A DNA stretch of 64,000 nucleotides from Cenococcum geophilum (taxonomy: Eukaryota), in the NCBI GenBank assembly GCA_050273025.1, contig CP158635.1, positions 6,448,001 to 6,512,000 of the forward strand. Direction: 5' to 3'. Under the pieces are notes generated by a model. It had not been told where the DNA came from and searched no databases. It was given only the letters and a program-made list of their open reading frames with translations. This document shows positions 12,476 to 25,843 of the stretch, piece after piece. Both the position numbers and the translations under genes were made by a program. Numbering within the stretch: the stretch's first letter is position 1; every line of letters starts with the position of its first letter.

Positions 12476-14110
12476 ATTAAATGGCATTACCCACTAAACC
12501 TCCTCAACTCCGCACCCTCGAGCAACTTCTCCACCACATCCCTCCTCGCGGATACCAAAACATCAACCCCGCAATCCACCCAATGCCGCCTCCTCCCTCC
12601 CCCGTGTCCACATCTTCATCCCCCTCCAGTCCCCTCTCCCACAACACCACCAGCCCATCCATCGCCGGCATCACCGGCTCCACATGCCTCAGCACCTTGC
12701 TACCGAAGAAGTCGACCTCGTATACCCCCGCCCGCACCCACGTCGTCACAATCGTGTTGCACACCCCCAAAAAGCGTCCCAGCAGCGCTGCGGCTACGAC
12801 ACGAACGCCGCCTCGCGCAGGAGCGCGGCAACCTTCTCAGGAGTAAACGGTGCGATGAACGCGGAGAGGGATGCCGCGGCTGCAGGTAGGTCTATGGCCG
12901 GCATCGGTGTTTCTGCGGGAGTAGCAGAGGTACGGGTTGGGAATGATGGCGGCAGGCGCGCTGCGGTGTGCATGATTGGCGAGCCGAGGAAGGAGGCCGG
13001 GAGGGGTGACCGCATGTGAAGGGAGAGGGAGAGGGTTATGTGCGCGGGGGTGGAGGGGGAGAGGGGGACGCGGCGTGTGGGGAGGCCGTGCCAGATGCGG
13101 GCGAGGAGGGCGGTGTGGGGGGGTTATTTGGGTCATTGAGGAAGAGGAGGGATGAGGGGTTGCGCGGCGGCGTGGATGGCATGGATCTAGGTTGTTAGGA
13201 GTGCTCGGTTACAGGAGGAGTGGAAAGGAAAGGGGGCAGGTGCATACCTCGGAGCGGGTGAAATGGAGCAGAATTTTTCTGCACTAGCACGCCTTGGTCC
13301 CAGAGCTCCCAGGGTATAGGGGTCTTAGGAGGCTCGATTGTTGTTGGATCGATTTCTGGGGAGATTTCCGTGGCTTTTTGAGCCCATAATGGGCATTTGC
13401 TGCTGGGGCCCAGTAGTCGTATCGGGTGGGGAACGGATTGGGCGATGGCGAGGATAGAAGGGCTAGGCTTAGCAATATTAATATTGCCGGAGGCATGGCA
13501 GGGAGGGATTGAAGATAGGCAAAAGTGTTGGCATAGGGGTGTCGGAGAGAAGACTGGCGAGGGAGTGTAAGCAGTATTCAGAGATACCAAGCAGCGATGC
13601 TTCATAATATGCTGCATGGACAACAATGGCAAAAGAAAGTTCATTAGAATACTCACCTCTAATTTACAGACGACCAGTCTTGCATAAAAGTCACCATTGA
13701 TTGCGCATTGGCAAGTGCGTGCGCTATCTTAACCCCAGCAACAATTCCTCCACATGCAAACGTAGTAAGCTGCATCCTTGGTAGCATCTCATAATCGACA
13801 GAATTCAATAGAGGTAGCTTAGTAGGGGGAAATAGGTCTTTTGAGGGGAGCTCTGCGATAAACCACCGTTTCGTGAACCTTTTGGATGCCTCTAGCCCAT
13901 TGAGGGTAAGCATCGAGAGTTTTCCGGAAACTCATTCTGAGATGAGGGATTGAGTAAGAGTCCTATCTAAGTGCATCATAGATTTAAGATGCACCAGTAG
14001 GAGAAAAACAAACGATGGAAGCATCGACTACTGATAGAGGAGTAACGACGGGCCCGACATTGAACTGCTCAGAGAAGACACGTTCTTGAGAGACGGTCTC
14101 GAGATTAAGG
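12476..14110 (-). pseudogene. Decayed HXXXD-type (transferase/BAHD-like) acyltransferase
   Basis: Colinear fragments in several frames: PLSVVDAS..FSPTGAS*IYD, MQLTTFACGG..KIAHALANAQS, RYDYWA, LPASFLGSPI, VTTWVRAGVYEVDF..VEPVMPAMDGLV. Stops and frameshifts lie between them; boundaries approximate. Confidence 0.72.
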
Positions 14111-14675
14111 CATTAAACAGACGTGATTGTAAAATAAGGAAGAATTTAGCTACTCAAAAACAGGAAGGAAACTATTATATATCAAAGCAATACATAAAGG
14201 GCATACCCCGAGAATAAATGCAAAGCATCAGGAATTGCTTGTATGAAAGTACGTAGTTGTGAAAACGTACGTCTCCTACTGTTCTCATCACCTGCCTGAT
14301 CGGAAATCACTTTTAACTCATCTAAATACAGCATTTCAACTAGATCGATGTTTTTTTGCGCAAGCCTCACTGCTAACCTGTTATGCACCGCTCCTCTGAT
14401 CCGATGGTACTCATTATAGAGGCTTTACCAACTCATACAGGAAACTTTCATGCACCTATGCGGACAAAGAAACCATTTTTATTGAGAGCCATTTGGGATG
14501 GTGACCCGAATATTAAAGGTTAACATTATTCCACCCGAGTCATGAAGTCTTGGCATGATTGTCTCCATGATTCAGCTCCTAAGTATCGACATCGCATCAG
14601 ATCACCGCAAAAGACCAGGGCATCCATTTCATCATCTTCTTTTCGCCTTTAGTTTTTCCTGGATGAGCTGTAAAA

Positions 14676-15680
14676 ATGACCAGCCCCTCAGCTCTGCCCC
14701 TAAAAATTGACATTCCGGCCGCAGAACATCCTCTCCTCTCCGCAGCCCGCTCCAATCCTTCCACAATCGATTCCCTCCTCTCATCCCGCCTCCGCTCTGC
14801 CACTCTACCCACAGAGCTTGCAAATCTAATCGAAGGCCAAATTAGCCTCGCTATAACCCCGTCACTTTACGGTACCGGGTCGCCGCATCGACCGCCATGG
14901 TATTACGCAACTTGCCTCGTTCATGCAACGTTGTTAGGGCGTGCCTACGCTTTACTTTCCACCCCAACCCGGCCTCCAAACGAGCTGTCTAACCTCAAAG
15001 ACTTTCCATTTCCGCTTCTCCCTGCCGAACTACGTCTACAAATCTATGAACACTACCTTGAAGACCTGGAGCAACGAGAAAAGTACTGGAAAGTTATGAC
15101 GACGGTATTCATCAAAGCACTCTGGTCGGGCCGTGACCCTGAAGAAGGATCGCGCTACATTACAGGAATCCTTCTCTTGACCTGCGGGAATGCGCTCGCA
15201 CCGACTCCCAATCTTCAAGGCCGTGGCAAGGGATGGGTATGGTGGGACGACAGAATCAGCGAACCCGAGGACATCTGGAGTTGGGAAGATTTAAAACAGG
15301 CAGTGATGAATACGGAAAAGCTACCGCGTGGGAATACGAACATTATTGCGTTGCGAGAGCGCTGGGAACGGGTACACGAGGAATACTATAAACGACGGCA
15401 GGAGACGGGCAGCAGCGATGACTTTTTTGAGGAGCATAGGAATTGGGATGAGCAGGCAGAGTACGTATCTGCACAGGTGCTAGAGGTATTAGATGTAGCG
15501 CGCGAGCATTTGAGGGCTGGTGAGAGGGATTGGACACCCGCAGAGATTATGGCCAAATTCTTGAATCAACTATTTGAAGGCAGAGAAGACGCGAGAACTA
15601 ATTGGGAAGCCGCTGGGGAATCTTTCCCGAATCGGTGGGATGAAAATGATGTTGGATGGTTCAGTAGAACATGGTGGTAA
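14676..15680 (+). CDS. Hypothetical protein with a 2EXR/F-box-like motif
   Basis: Uninterrupted 334-aa ORF containing FPFPLLPAELRLQIYEHYL. Confidence 0.65.
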   Translation: MTSPSALPLKIDIPAAEHPLLSAARSNPSTIDSLLSSRLRSATLPTELANLIEGQISLAITPSLYGTGSPHRPPWYYATCLVHATLLGRAYALLSTPTRPPNELSNLKDFPFPLLPAELRLQIYEHYLEDLEQREKYWKVMTTVFIKALWSGRDPEEGSRYITGILLLTCGNALAPTPNLQGRGKGWVWWDDRISEPEDIWSWEDLKQAVMNTEKLPRGNTNIIALRERWERVHEEYYKRRQETGSSDDFFEEHRNWDEQAEYVSAQVLEVLDVAREHLRAGERDWTPAEIMAKFLNQLFEGREDARTNWEAAGESFPNRWDENDVGWFSRTWW

Positions 15681-16364
15681 AGCAGGACGGTAAAACATCT
15701 TTGTAACAATGCACATGTCTGAGCACAGTACAAGAGTTCCATTTTGGATGGCAATACTGAAAGTGAGTTGCAGATTGTATCACTCCAACTCTGACAATAG
15801 TATATTCGCTTAATCAAGGTTACACTACTTGGACGGAGCCATTTATTTTGCCTGACCTCACCAACAACTCCTCCAAAATGGGCGCAACTAACCAGGCTAG
15901 CTTGATCAACCGGGAATCCGAAAGTAAAACCCGTTTTTTAAAAGGGGAGCTAGGCCAATAAAATCAACTTGGCTAGTTATTTTAGTGTATAATAGATAGG
16001 GTGCAATTGATGTCGACATTTAGTGTTGATTCGTCTTATATAAGTCTTATAGTTTATAGCTTAGATATGTGGAGTTTGACACCAGCAGGGATACTGGCTG
16101 GCGTTTGTAGGCTGCGAGTTCAAAATAAGGCTTAGTTCCGTTGAGACGGCTGGAAATCTCCGGCAGGCGAGCATAGCCTTTCTTAGTCCTTCCCCAGACA
16201 CTTTGTTGTCCTTAAGTCGCCATCGAAATCTCTTTTTTACCTTGGCTGTAAGTATGGAACGCTATGCGCTATCTCCGCTGTAACGTGGGACCCCAGGAAG
16301 CGAGACACCCCCCTAGCGAACCATTCACGCCTATGCCTCCCCTTCTTCTTCCCCTGCCAAATTA

Positions 16365-16480
16365 GGGGTCACAGCTCGGCGTGGTCCGGAAAAAACTCGC
16401 CGTGGTCCGAAAGTTCAACGTGGTCCAAACTTTAAATTTAACTTTAGACCATGCTTAGCTTTGGACCACGCTTAGCCTCC
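16365..16480. repeat. Terminal/subterminal repeat array of the MULE-like element
   Basis: CGTGGTCC at 16380, 16401 and 16419; inverted copies AGACCATG (16446) and GGACCACG (16463). Coincides with the onset of RIP. Confidence 0.65.
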
Positions 16481-17221
16481 GCATATACAATATATATACA
16501 ATTTAAATAAAATAGAAAATATAAAGTTATTAATCTATAAATCGCGAATATTGTAGTATATGTGTAGGGCATATACGTAGTATATGCCCTAAGGTGGCTA
16601 TATAAGGTAATAGTAGTTAGTTATTAAAATATAGCCTATATACACACGTAGTATATCCACAATAATAGTCGCACTATAACTTCTTTTCTATAATATTACT
16701 GTATATGCCACAAGTATATATAGCGCAATATAGGTATAGGTCTTATATATACTAACAGAAAGGCTAAGGCGAATTCTTAATACTAAATTTAACTATTGCA
16801 TACGCCGCGTATACGCTAACTATAAGCAATTTAATAATTGCGGATTTTAATAACCTATAGGTGGCCTCCGCTACTAACCCTTTCCCCTTTAGCTATTACT
16901 ATAGTAAGCGTATACTCCGTATATACTTATACCCACTTATAAGCCTTATAGGTCCAATCCTAAATCTAAATCCTAATTAGGTAACTTCTAGTAAGTTATA
17001 ATATTACATATATATAGTATATACTTATAATAACTATAGCTTATACTACTGCAGCTCTCGCTAGAAGAAGACGTAAATGTATATAGTTGTATATTTAGTG
17101 CATATACTAACTATATATAGCCCTAGCTATTACGGTTTAAGATAATATAAGTATATACAGCTCTATATACTGCGGAGGTATATATTAAGCGTATACTAGA
17201 CCTACCTAATACCGCCTTAAG

Positions 17222-17334
17222 GGGCTCGATGAAATCGGCCTCTGTACCTCCACGCGGTGGAGCCCGGGAACCTGGCAGCTACTATTGATGTTCCATTTGG
17301 ATCGTGTCAATAGACTACCAGAGCAAACGCAGAG
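17222..17334 (+). ncRNA. HDV-like self-cleaving ribozyme (predicted)
   Basis: P1 GGGCTC/GAGCCC; P2 CTCTGT/GCAGAG; P3 ACC/GGT; L3 TCCACGC; P1.1 GG at 17266-67; long P4 hairpin 17272-17321; J4/2 AGCAAAC with candidate catalytic C17324. Confidence 0.75.
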
Positions 17335-17887
17335 ACGTGTGTACGGCTGCGCAGCGCCTGCGCAGCGACGTGGTGGTGGTAGTGTAAAAAATTTTCACTA
17401 GGGGGTGAGCCCCAGCAAAAAGTTTGAACACAGCTACTACGTTTATCGTACACGTTCGGTCATTCAAATTAACAAGTAATCATCCCTCCGGCGTACCCCC
17501 TCCCTCCTATAAATACTATATACACCGCACAGCAACCACATACATACGCAAATAATCCGCGCCCTAAGCGTAGCAGAAGCCCCCTATTTTAACATTACCT
17601 AGTAACCTAGGTATCTAGTTATAGGGACTAGTCACCCCTATTAAATACTAGAGCGTCCTCCTATACCTCACGAATAGGTATAAGGGCCTAGGGTTAGGAC
17701 CTAGGGCAAAAGCAATACTAAGTTATATACACCCCGTTGTAGAAACCTTTTAATAAAGGAATGGATAAGAGACCTTAGCATGCAGGCCCAGGCGGAGCGC
17801 AAGCGTTATTATTATTAAGAGATATTCATAGGAGACTTAGAAAAGAAGCTAGGGACAGGCACATAACTTTATATAGGCAATACACAG

Positions 17888-20800
17888 TGTAACGGAACCT
17901 TGTAGCAAGAACTACGATGGGCTCGTTATTGGGCTAGGTGTGTAGGAAATGCAAGTACAAAAGTCAACAACGTAATAACAACTGGTGGAGTGGTTGCCCA
18001 ACAGATTAACTCTAATTATATTCTAAGAATCACTACAAAGAAGGAACCATCTAGGTAGGGACTAAGGGTCCTTAAATACATAACCGTACTCCTATAAAAT
18101 CCTTCTTATATATAATATACGTCTTATCTATATTAAACGTAGCATTTCTTATATTTAACGCAGCTAATACGTTTAATTATTATATAACTTGCTTACCATT
18201 TCTTATTATATAGTTCTACGGGTTCCATTCTAGATTATACTTATATTAACTAACTAGCTTCTTCTAACTCCTCTCTAAGTAGTCGTAATATTATACTTAA
18301 AGCGTCCATAATACTATCCCCCTCCTCTTTATCTTTGTCCTTAAAGATACCTAGCATCTTTAGGTTATTTACTAGAGGTATAATATCCATCTAATTAACT
18401 TAGTTAATATTATTACTTATTATACCTAAAGCAATTTCTTCTCTCTCTTAAGTTAAGCGTTGCCTTCGTACCATCTCCTTAATACTATTATTAGGTAAAG
18501 TAATAGCAATCCCTTACTCTTGTTGTGCGAAAGAGGGGTTAAGTTATATTGCAATCGCGAGTTCTTTTAGTTACTAACCTTCCTTTTATTTTAAATGCAC
18601 TTATACTAATATACGTTTATTATATAACGTTTATTCTATATCTAATACTAAATATACACAACCTATTATTCTTAATAGTCGTTTAATTCCCTAATTAATT
18701 TGTCTTAGGGTCTTATATTTAATCTACTACTATAAAACTTAATAGTAAGCTAGCCTCTATATTGCTTAAGGTTTAGTATACCTTAAAAGAGTCCGCGCGT
18801 ATCCTTAAAGCTTAATGTCTAGCTTATGCTTATCTTTAACGTTTAGAATATATTTATAAGAAAGTTCGTTTAAAGGAGTAGAAACTTATTTAATAAGGCC
18901 TCTAGAAACTAGGTAATAAAAGAACGGATTCTCCTCTAATAGAGAAGGAAATAGATCTAAATAGTTTAGCAACTGCTCTTCTTAGGTCCCCCTTAGGTAA
19001 CTTATTCTTTAGCGATCCTTCTTTATTAATACTACCTAACCTAATCTCTTCCAATACTCTTATACCTTTCCTATAGCGTTCTTTAAATTCTCTAGTAGCT
19101 CCTAGGTAGTCTTAGTATAACCTATCTACTTAACCTTATACTATATTTTATTGTTAATATCCTTATAATTAACGATCCTTAAAACTTGCTATTCGTCTTC
19201 TTCCTACCCTCTATACGTGTTTGCTTTATAAACTAGTGGCTTAATATTCCTATATACTAGCTCTAGCATTGCGATATACTATACAGGGTAGATCTTCATT
19301 TTGGCTAGTAGGTTTAACTTAAACGTAACTAGTAAAATTTTTTATATAATTTCGAAAGGTCCTAGTCTAATATAGTCTAACTTCTTACTTAGTTGTTAAC
19401 TCTTAAAATTTTTATATAGTAACTATACTTTATCTCCCTCCTTAAGATTTAGTCCCTTAGATCTCCTAGTATTATAGTACTTTTTTATTCTCTCTTATAC
19501 TTTCTTCGCTAATTCTATAAGGTCTATATAAAGATTTATTAACGTCTTTATTCTCTCTTTAGCTATACTACTTATTTTCTTTACTTACCGTGGTAATAAT
19601 GATGTTCTTAGCTTATATCCGTAATTTGCCTTAAATAGTAATATGCCTATTCCTTCTTAAGGTGTTGCATTATATGCAAACTGTATAACTAATAATAGTA
19701 ATACCCAATTGTTCTATATATAATTGATATAATGCCTTAGATACTGCTCTAGCGTTTAATTTAATCTTTCTGTTTAACCGTCTATTTGCGGATAATATAC
19801 GGTAGAAGTTGCTGCTTAAACTCCTTGCTCCGCTAAGAACACTTCTTAAAATGCTACTATAAATCTTAGATCTCTATCCAATATAATCTTACTTAGTGCT
19901 CCGTGTCTTATAAATACTTCCTTAATATAGATTCTAGTAACATCTTCTGCTGAGATTTCCTCTATATATGCTATAAAGTATCCCCACTTTATAAGCTTGT
20001 CTACTATTACTAAAATTACGTTATAATCTTGTCCGGTAATAGGATCTCTTAACTTTAGTAACTTAATAATAAAGTCCCATAATATGACCTCCTATAGTTT
20101 TTCTAGTATTTTAATAGGTTGTAGCCCTCTATATAGCTTATGCCTCATTAGTTTATTCCTTTAGTAATCTAAATATTCCTTTATAACCTTTCTAGCTATC
20201 CTCTAAATTCCGTTAATGATATACTCCTTCTAGAGTCTTAATACTAAGCCTATAGCTCCATTGTGTCCTTAAGTTAGTCCCTTATAGAAGTCTTCCACGA
20301 ACTACTCTGCTATGCTTCTTAGGATATACTTTACTTCTCGATTTTCGTATATATCTATCTATAGATCTTTTAGCTATGCTTTTAGAATTCTTTATACCTA
20401 AAAGCTTTCTAGTGTCTTGTAGACTTTCTTTAGTTTATCGTTTTCTTAAGTTGCTATAATTTTCGGATAATTATACCTAATTAATCCGTCTATATCTTTT
20501 CGTAATAAAGCCCCTAATGGCTTTTCCTTATTTTATAGTTTAGCTTTACGGCTTAGAGCATCTGCCCGCGTATTATCTGTACCTTTAGTATACTAAATCT
20601 TAAAATGGTATTCCGTAAGTATCTCCGCCTATCTAACCTATCTCTAGTTAAGTTCCTTTATTATTAAGAATCCTATTAGGTTCTTATAATCCGTTTTAAC
20701 TATAAATAGTTTCTCTATACCTTGCAAGAATGCTCTCTATTCCTTTAATGCTGTAACTATACCTAATAACTCCTTATTGTAGATATTATAGTTTAACTCC

Positions 20801-23800
20801 AGTAGTGTTATCTTCTAACTATAGTATGCCACTAGGTGCTATCTATTTTAATATCTTTATATAAAGCACGCCCCTAGTATATAGTCTAATACATCCGTCT
20901 CTATAACCGTCTCTAGTCCTAGTTAATAGATCTTAAGAACTAGCTCTTAGGTAAACAACTTTTTAACTCTTTTAAAGAGTTCCCTTTACTCCTCTCCCTA
21001 TACCTATAGTTCTTCTTTCTTTGTTAACCTTATAAATAGCTTAATATCCTTTAACCACTGCGCTATAAACCTTCTATAGTAATTGCAAAACCCTAAGAAC
21101 AATCTTAACTATATAACGTTCTCTGGTTCCTACCAATTTACTATAGCCTCAATCTTCTTTAAATCTATACTAAGTTAGCCTAGTTTAATAATAAATCTAA
21201 CAAAATCGGTCTTCCTAGTAAAGAACTCGCATTTCTTAATTACTACTAGTATCTATTCTTCTTATAGTCTCTTTAAGACCTATTTAACATATTCCCTATA
21301 TTCTTCCTTAGTTATTAAGTAGATAATAATATTATTAAAATATACCATAACAAATTCATCCAAGTATTCTCCTAATATATTGTTAATACGCTTTTAGAAC
21401 GTTGCTAGTATATTTATAAGCCCAAATTACATAACTAATGGTTTATACAGTCCTTCCTTTAATCTAAAGGCTGCCTTTTATTTATCGCCTTCCTTAATCC
21501 TAATCTAATAGTACGCCTATCTTAGATCTATCTTTATAAAGATTTACGCATTGCCTATCCTATCTTAAATTTTGCTAATTAAGGGTAAAGGATACCTATC
21601 CTTTCTAGTAATACTGTTTAACTATCTATAGTTAATACACAGCCTTAGTTTGCCATTCTTCTTTAATACGAATAGTACTAAATAACCCGCTAATAACTGT
21701 AATGGTCTAATGTATCCCTTTTATAAGTTCTCTTAGATAAACTCTTTTAATGCTTTACCTTCTTCTTTAATAAGCTTATAGATTAGAAAGAACCTTAGAC
21801 TTATTCCTAGTTCTAATTCTATTTTATAGTCCTATGCTATATATTCTAATAGCTTTTTACTTTCCAGTAACCATAGTTTCTTGCCGTACTTATAGTATCT
21901 CTTTAGTACATGGCTTAGCCCTTTTTCTATTTCTTCGTAGGTCGCTCCTACTTAATACTATACTAACTTAGCTTATTATTGCATCTTGCAGCGTTAAGTA
22001 TTTCTAATATTAACCTGACCTATAATCCAATCGATCCTTAGATTGTATTTCTATAACTAAGGCATACCTAATACTGCCTTATCCCGTCCTAATGGTAGGA
22101 TATTAAAAGACATCTTAATTTATCTTCCTTTAATAGTTATCTAAATAGGTCCTATTTCAAGATTGATAATCCCTCCTCCGTAGGTTATTGGATCTTCTAA
22201 AATTATTACTAATAAGTAAGGTTACTCCTTTTATCTATAAGGTAGTCCCATTCTCTTAACTGCTATTAGTAAGATATAGTTTCGCGTTACTCCACTATCT
22301 ATTAGCGCTTTAAACTACTAATCTTACTAATTAACTTATAAATTTAGGTGTTGTCCTTAAATTCCTTTAAGGGTCTAAGGCTCTACTACTAGCTCCCTCT
22401 GGTCCTATAGGCCTCTACTTTTCCCAACTATTAGCTGCTTAATCCTAGTGCACTTGGCTTACTCTTTAGCCAATATCTAGTTCGCTTTTTATCTTTAATA
22501 TACCATAGACACGTGTTCTCTAGGCATTCCTACCACTATTATCCGTCTAAGTATTCTTCCGTAAGAAATCTTTCTAGTTAAAGTACTAAACTTCCTTCCT
22601 CTTAAACCTCTGCTGGATGCTATCTATATATATATTTAGCATTTCTGTACTATTACTCGTCCGTTATCTAGTATATCCTTATAGGGTATTTCTAATTCTT
22701 TTCCTTTAGATTCTTATATATGTTGTATATATTGTCCATATACGCAATCTATAATAATATATAGTGTACTAGGTGCTTTAGGTTAACTCTTGGCTTATTT
22801 TCGTCCCTAAGTTTAAACCTTTATTATGCTAATCTAAATGTTATAACTTTATTTATAGGTACTAAGATGTGTTTCTTACTTCTCTAGTCCTCTAAACGTT
22901 CCTCTAGATCCTTTAACGTTATAATTAAGGCTCCTTTAATATGCGTTATAGCCTTTTCTATAATTAGGTGGTCCTAGATAACTTTTTCATCTAACTATAT
23001 ATAGAAATCTTCCCACTTATTATTGTGTCTTTATTTATACCACTTTTAGTACAGCTGCTAAAGTATATACGGTCTATCCGTAAGGAAGTATCTTTTTATT
23101 ACTATATTGTAATAGCCCTTTATATGTCGTTCCTTGAACCTAATTAGAATCCCTAAATCCTCTTCTTATTCCAGTTTAGTAAGCCACTTAGCTCTTAGTA
23201 TGCCTACTCTCAGCCTATTAGTAATTCTTTATACTAGTGCTCTATCCTTTATACGTCCTAATATACTAGATCTCTTATCTAGTTTCTATTCTTGCTATAA
23301 GGTAATTCTTGCTCTAAATTCCTCCATAGTTTCTTTTACGTCGCGTCTTACAAGTAGATTCTTAAAGTCTCTTTGCTTCTTAATCTTGGTATTAACTTTT
23401 TAATCTTTAGTTTAAACACTTCGTTTAACTAGTAAATCTTCTAGGTCTATATATTCGTCTCCTAGTCTAATTGCTGTTTATGCCGCAGATTCTCTAATCT
23501 ATAAGGAAGCTCCTTACCTTTTATCTATGGGTGTCCTGATTTATACTCCAAATTCTTAACCCCTTAGGTTCTTTAATCCCAAGCTTGCTTCTAACTTAAG
23601 CTTAGCTCCAGCCTTAGTCCAACTAGGCTTAACTAGTGTCCTTATCTCATCTTAAGAGTTTTAGATCTTACTTATCTCGTCTTAAAAATCTTATACCGTT
23701 AGGAATTCTTATCCCAAGCTTATTTATATATCTTTAAACTAAGCTACTACTCTGCTCCATCGGTTATCGTCTATTATAGGTCCTTAAGCTTACCTTATCT

Positions 23801-25843
23801 TATTTTAAGAATCTTAGTTATCTCTTATCTTGCTATAAGAATCTTAAGCCTTTAGCCTTTTGCCTTTATTAAGTGCCAAAGTGGTTTACTATCCTACTTC
23901 TCTTGCGTCTTATAAGGCGATAGACATTATATCTAGTGGGGTCTTAATCCCTACTAATATTCCCTATTCTATAGTGGAATTATCCTCTACCTCTAGTATA
24001 ACATCTCTAAGGTCTACTTGCTCCTAGTAAGCGGCCCTTATTGCCTTATCGTCACGGAATATTTCGCCTAGGTTAAATTTATCATCCTTAATATCTAATC
24101 TGCGAACTAGTTTATTAGTTCCTCTATATCCTGTAGGTACTAGCTCTTATAGCTAATAGCTTACGCCGTACTTAGCGTCCTTATAAATTTGGTATACGTT
24201 GTTATAATAAAACGCAAAACTTCTAATTAAACATTCTTTTATTCCTCGCAGTATATTATCGTCCCTTTATATATATATATCGTCTACTAGTCTTATACCC
24301 TTTACTATATAGTAACTCTGCCCACTTTTACAGTCTCTAATATAATAACCCTATTTTCCATAATTTATGTAAGCTCCTTCTTTAAACTATTTCTCTTATT
24401 ATAGAGTCCGCCTAAATATCTTCTGCTATTAAGATCCCTAATTCGGCCTCTTCTCCTTAGACCTTTAATTACTTAATCCTTATCCTCTAGGTTTCTATAG
24501 TTTGCTCTATCTCTTATAGGCTTCTTTAGTACCACTTAGGTCTATTAGCTCTACGCTATACTATAGTTTCTAACTTGGCTTTTGTTATTGCGTACTCTGC
24601 GCCTTATATAACTATAGAACTCTATCCTAGCCCCTCTTAGCCTGTTCCCTTTAGTAGATCCAATTATTAATCTTAATTACCTAATCTATTAGTTCCCTTA
24701 GGGTATCTACATCTTCCATTAGAATAATTGCGTCCTAGACTTTAGCCTTAAGTCCCTATTTATACTATACTATAAGCGCCCTATTATTCCACTCTACTTA
24801 TATTACTAGTGTCTAGAACTATATTATATACTTAATTACTAAAGTTTGTTGCACGAGGTTCTGAAGTTTTCTTTCCGCTATAGTTATTTTTTCTAGGTCT
24901 CCAAATATCTGTATAAGTTACTCTGCGAATCCTTCCCAACTTAAGAACATAAATCGCATATCTTAGTTAGTGGTCGTTATTCCGTTTGCCTATATCTCCA
25001 TAAAATAAGGTTTAAACTACTTAAGTGCTTTTCCTAACAAGAATAGTCCTACGTAGGCTATCCGATCTACGGGTATAGGTAACTTTACTCCCTCTTGCGA
25101 GACCTTAAAGTGTATCTGCATAAGGAATCCTTTAAGCTTTAACCTCTCTCCTATAAATCTCTTAATTGATAGTAGCTTAATCTTTACTACTTCTATCCCG
25201 TTAAGTCTTTCTTCTAATACTATATTATTAGCTATTAGCTAGTTAACTATTTCCTATAGCTGTCTAACCGTTACAGGTTACTATAAGTTAGTATCTGCTA
25301 TACTGGTATTACCTTCTATCCTTAAAGTAGTTGCTACCGTTAATGGCGTCATAGTGGCTGCTTTTAGTGGCATGTTATTCGACTTCTTATATTAATACTG
25401 TAACTAGGTAGTAATTGTGTAACGGAACCTTATAGCAAGAACTACGATAGGCTCATTATTGGGCTAGGTATGTAGGAAATATAAGTATAAAAGTTAACAA
25501 CATAATAACAACTGGTGGAGTAGTTGCCTAATAGATTAACTTTAATTATATTCTAAGAATTACTACAAAGAAAGAACTATCTAGGTAGGGACTAAGGGTC
25601 CTTAAATACATAACCGTACTCCTATGAAATCCTTCTTATACGTAATGTACGTCTTATCTGTATTAAACGTGGCGTTCCTTACGTTTAACGCAGCCAATAC
25701 GTTTAATCATCATGTGACTCGCTTATTATTCCTCATTACATGGTTCCACGGGTTCTATCCTAGACCGTGCTTATATTAACTAACTAGCTTCTTCCGACTC
25801 CTCTCCAAGTAGTCATAACATTGTACTTAAAGCGTCCGTAATA
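17888..25843 (-). mobile_element. Ty3/Gypsy chromovirus, family A copy 1, full-length, RIP-inactivated
   Basis: 426-bp LTRs at 17888-18313 and 25418-25843; TSD CACAG (17883-87) / TATAG (25844-48, RIP version); PPT complement at 18314; degenerate gag-PR-RT-RH-IN-chromo on the minus strand. Confidence 0.93.
18422..19030 (+). pseudogene. Antisense accessory gene of Gypsy family A (Cys6 Zn-cluster-like plus coiled coil), copy 1
   Basis: RIP-corrected MPKAISS..., CSxCAKEGLSC...SCSECT..N....CDV; end approximate. Confidence 0.6.

Noticed and set aside
12374..13198. Plus-strand GC-rich ORFs overlapping the acyltransferase pseudogene
   Set aside because: Antisense shadows of the minus-strand pseudogene with no recognisable motifs.
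17221..17330. tRNA- or 5S-derived SINE head, or TTAA-specific (piggyBac/Kolobok) terminus
   Set aside because: No cloverleaf or clear A/B boxes; the TTAA is the end of a 15-bp TSD and there is no matching TIR at the other end.
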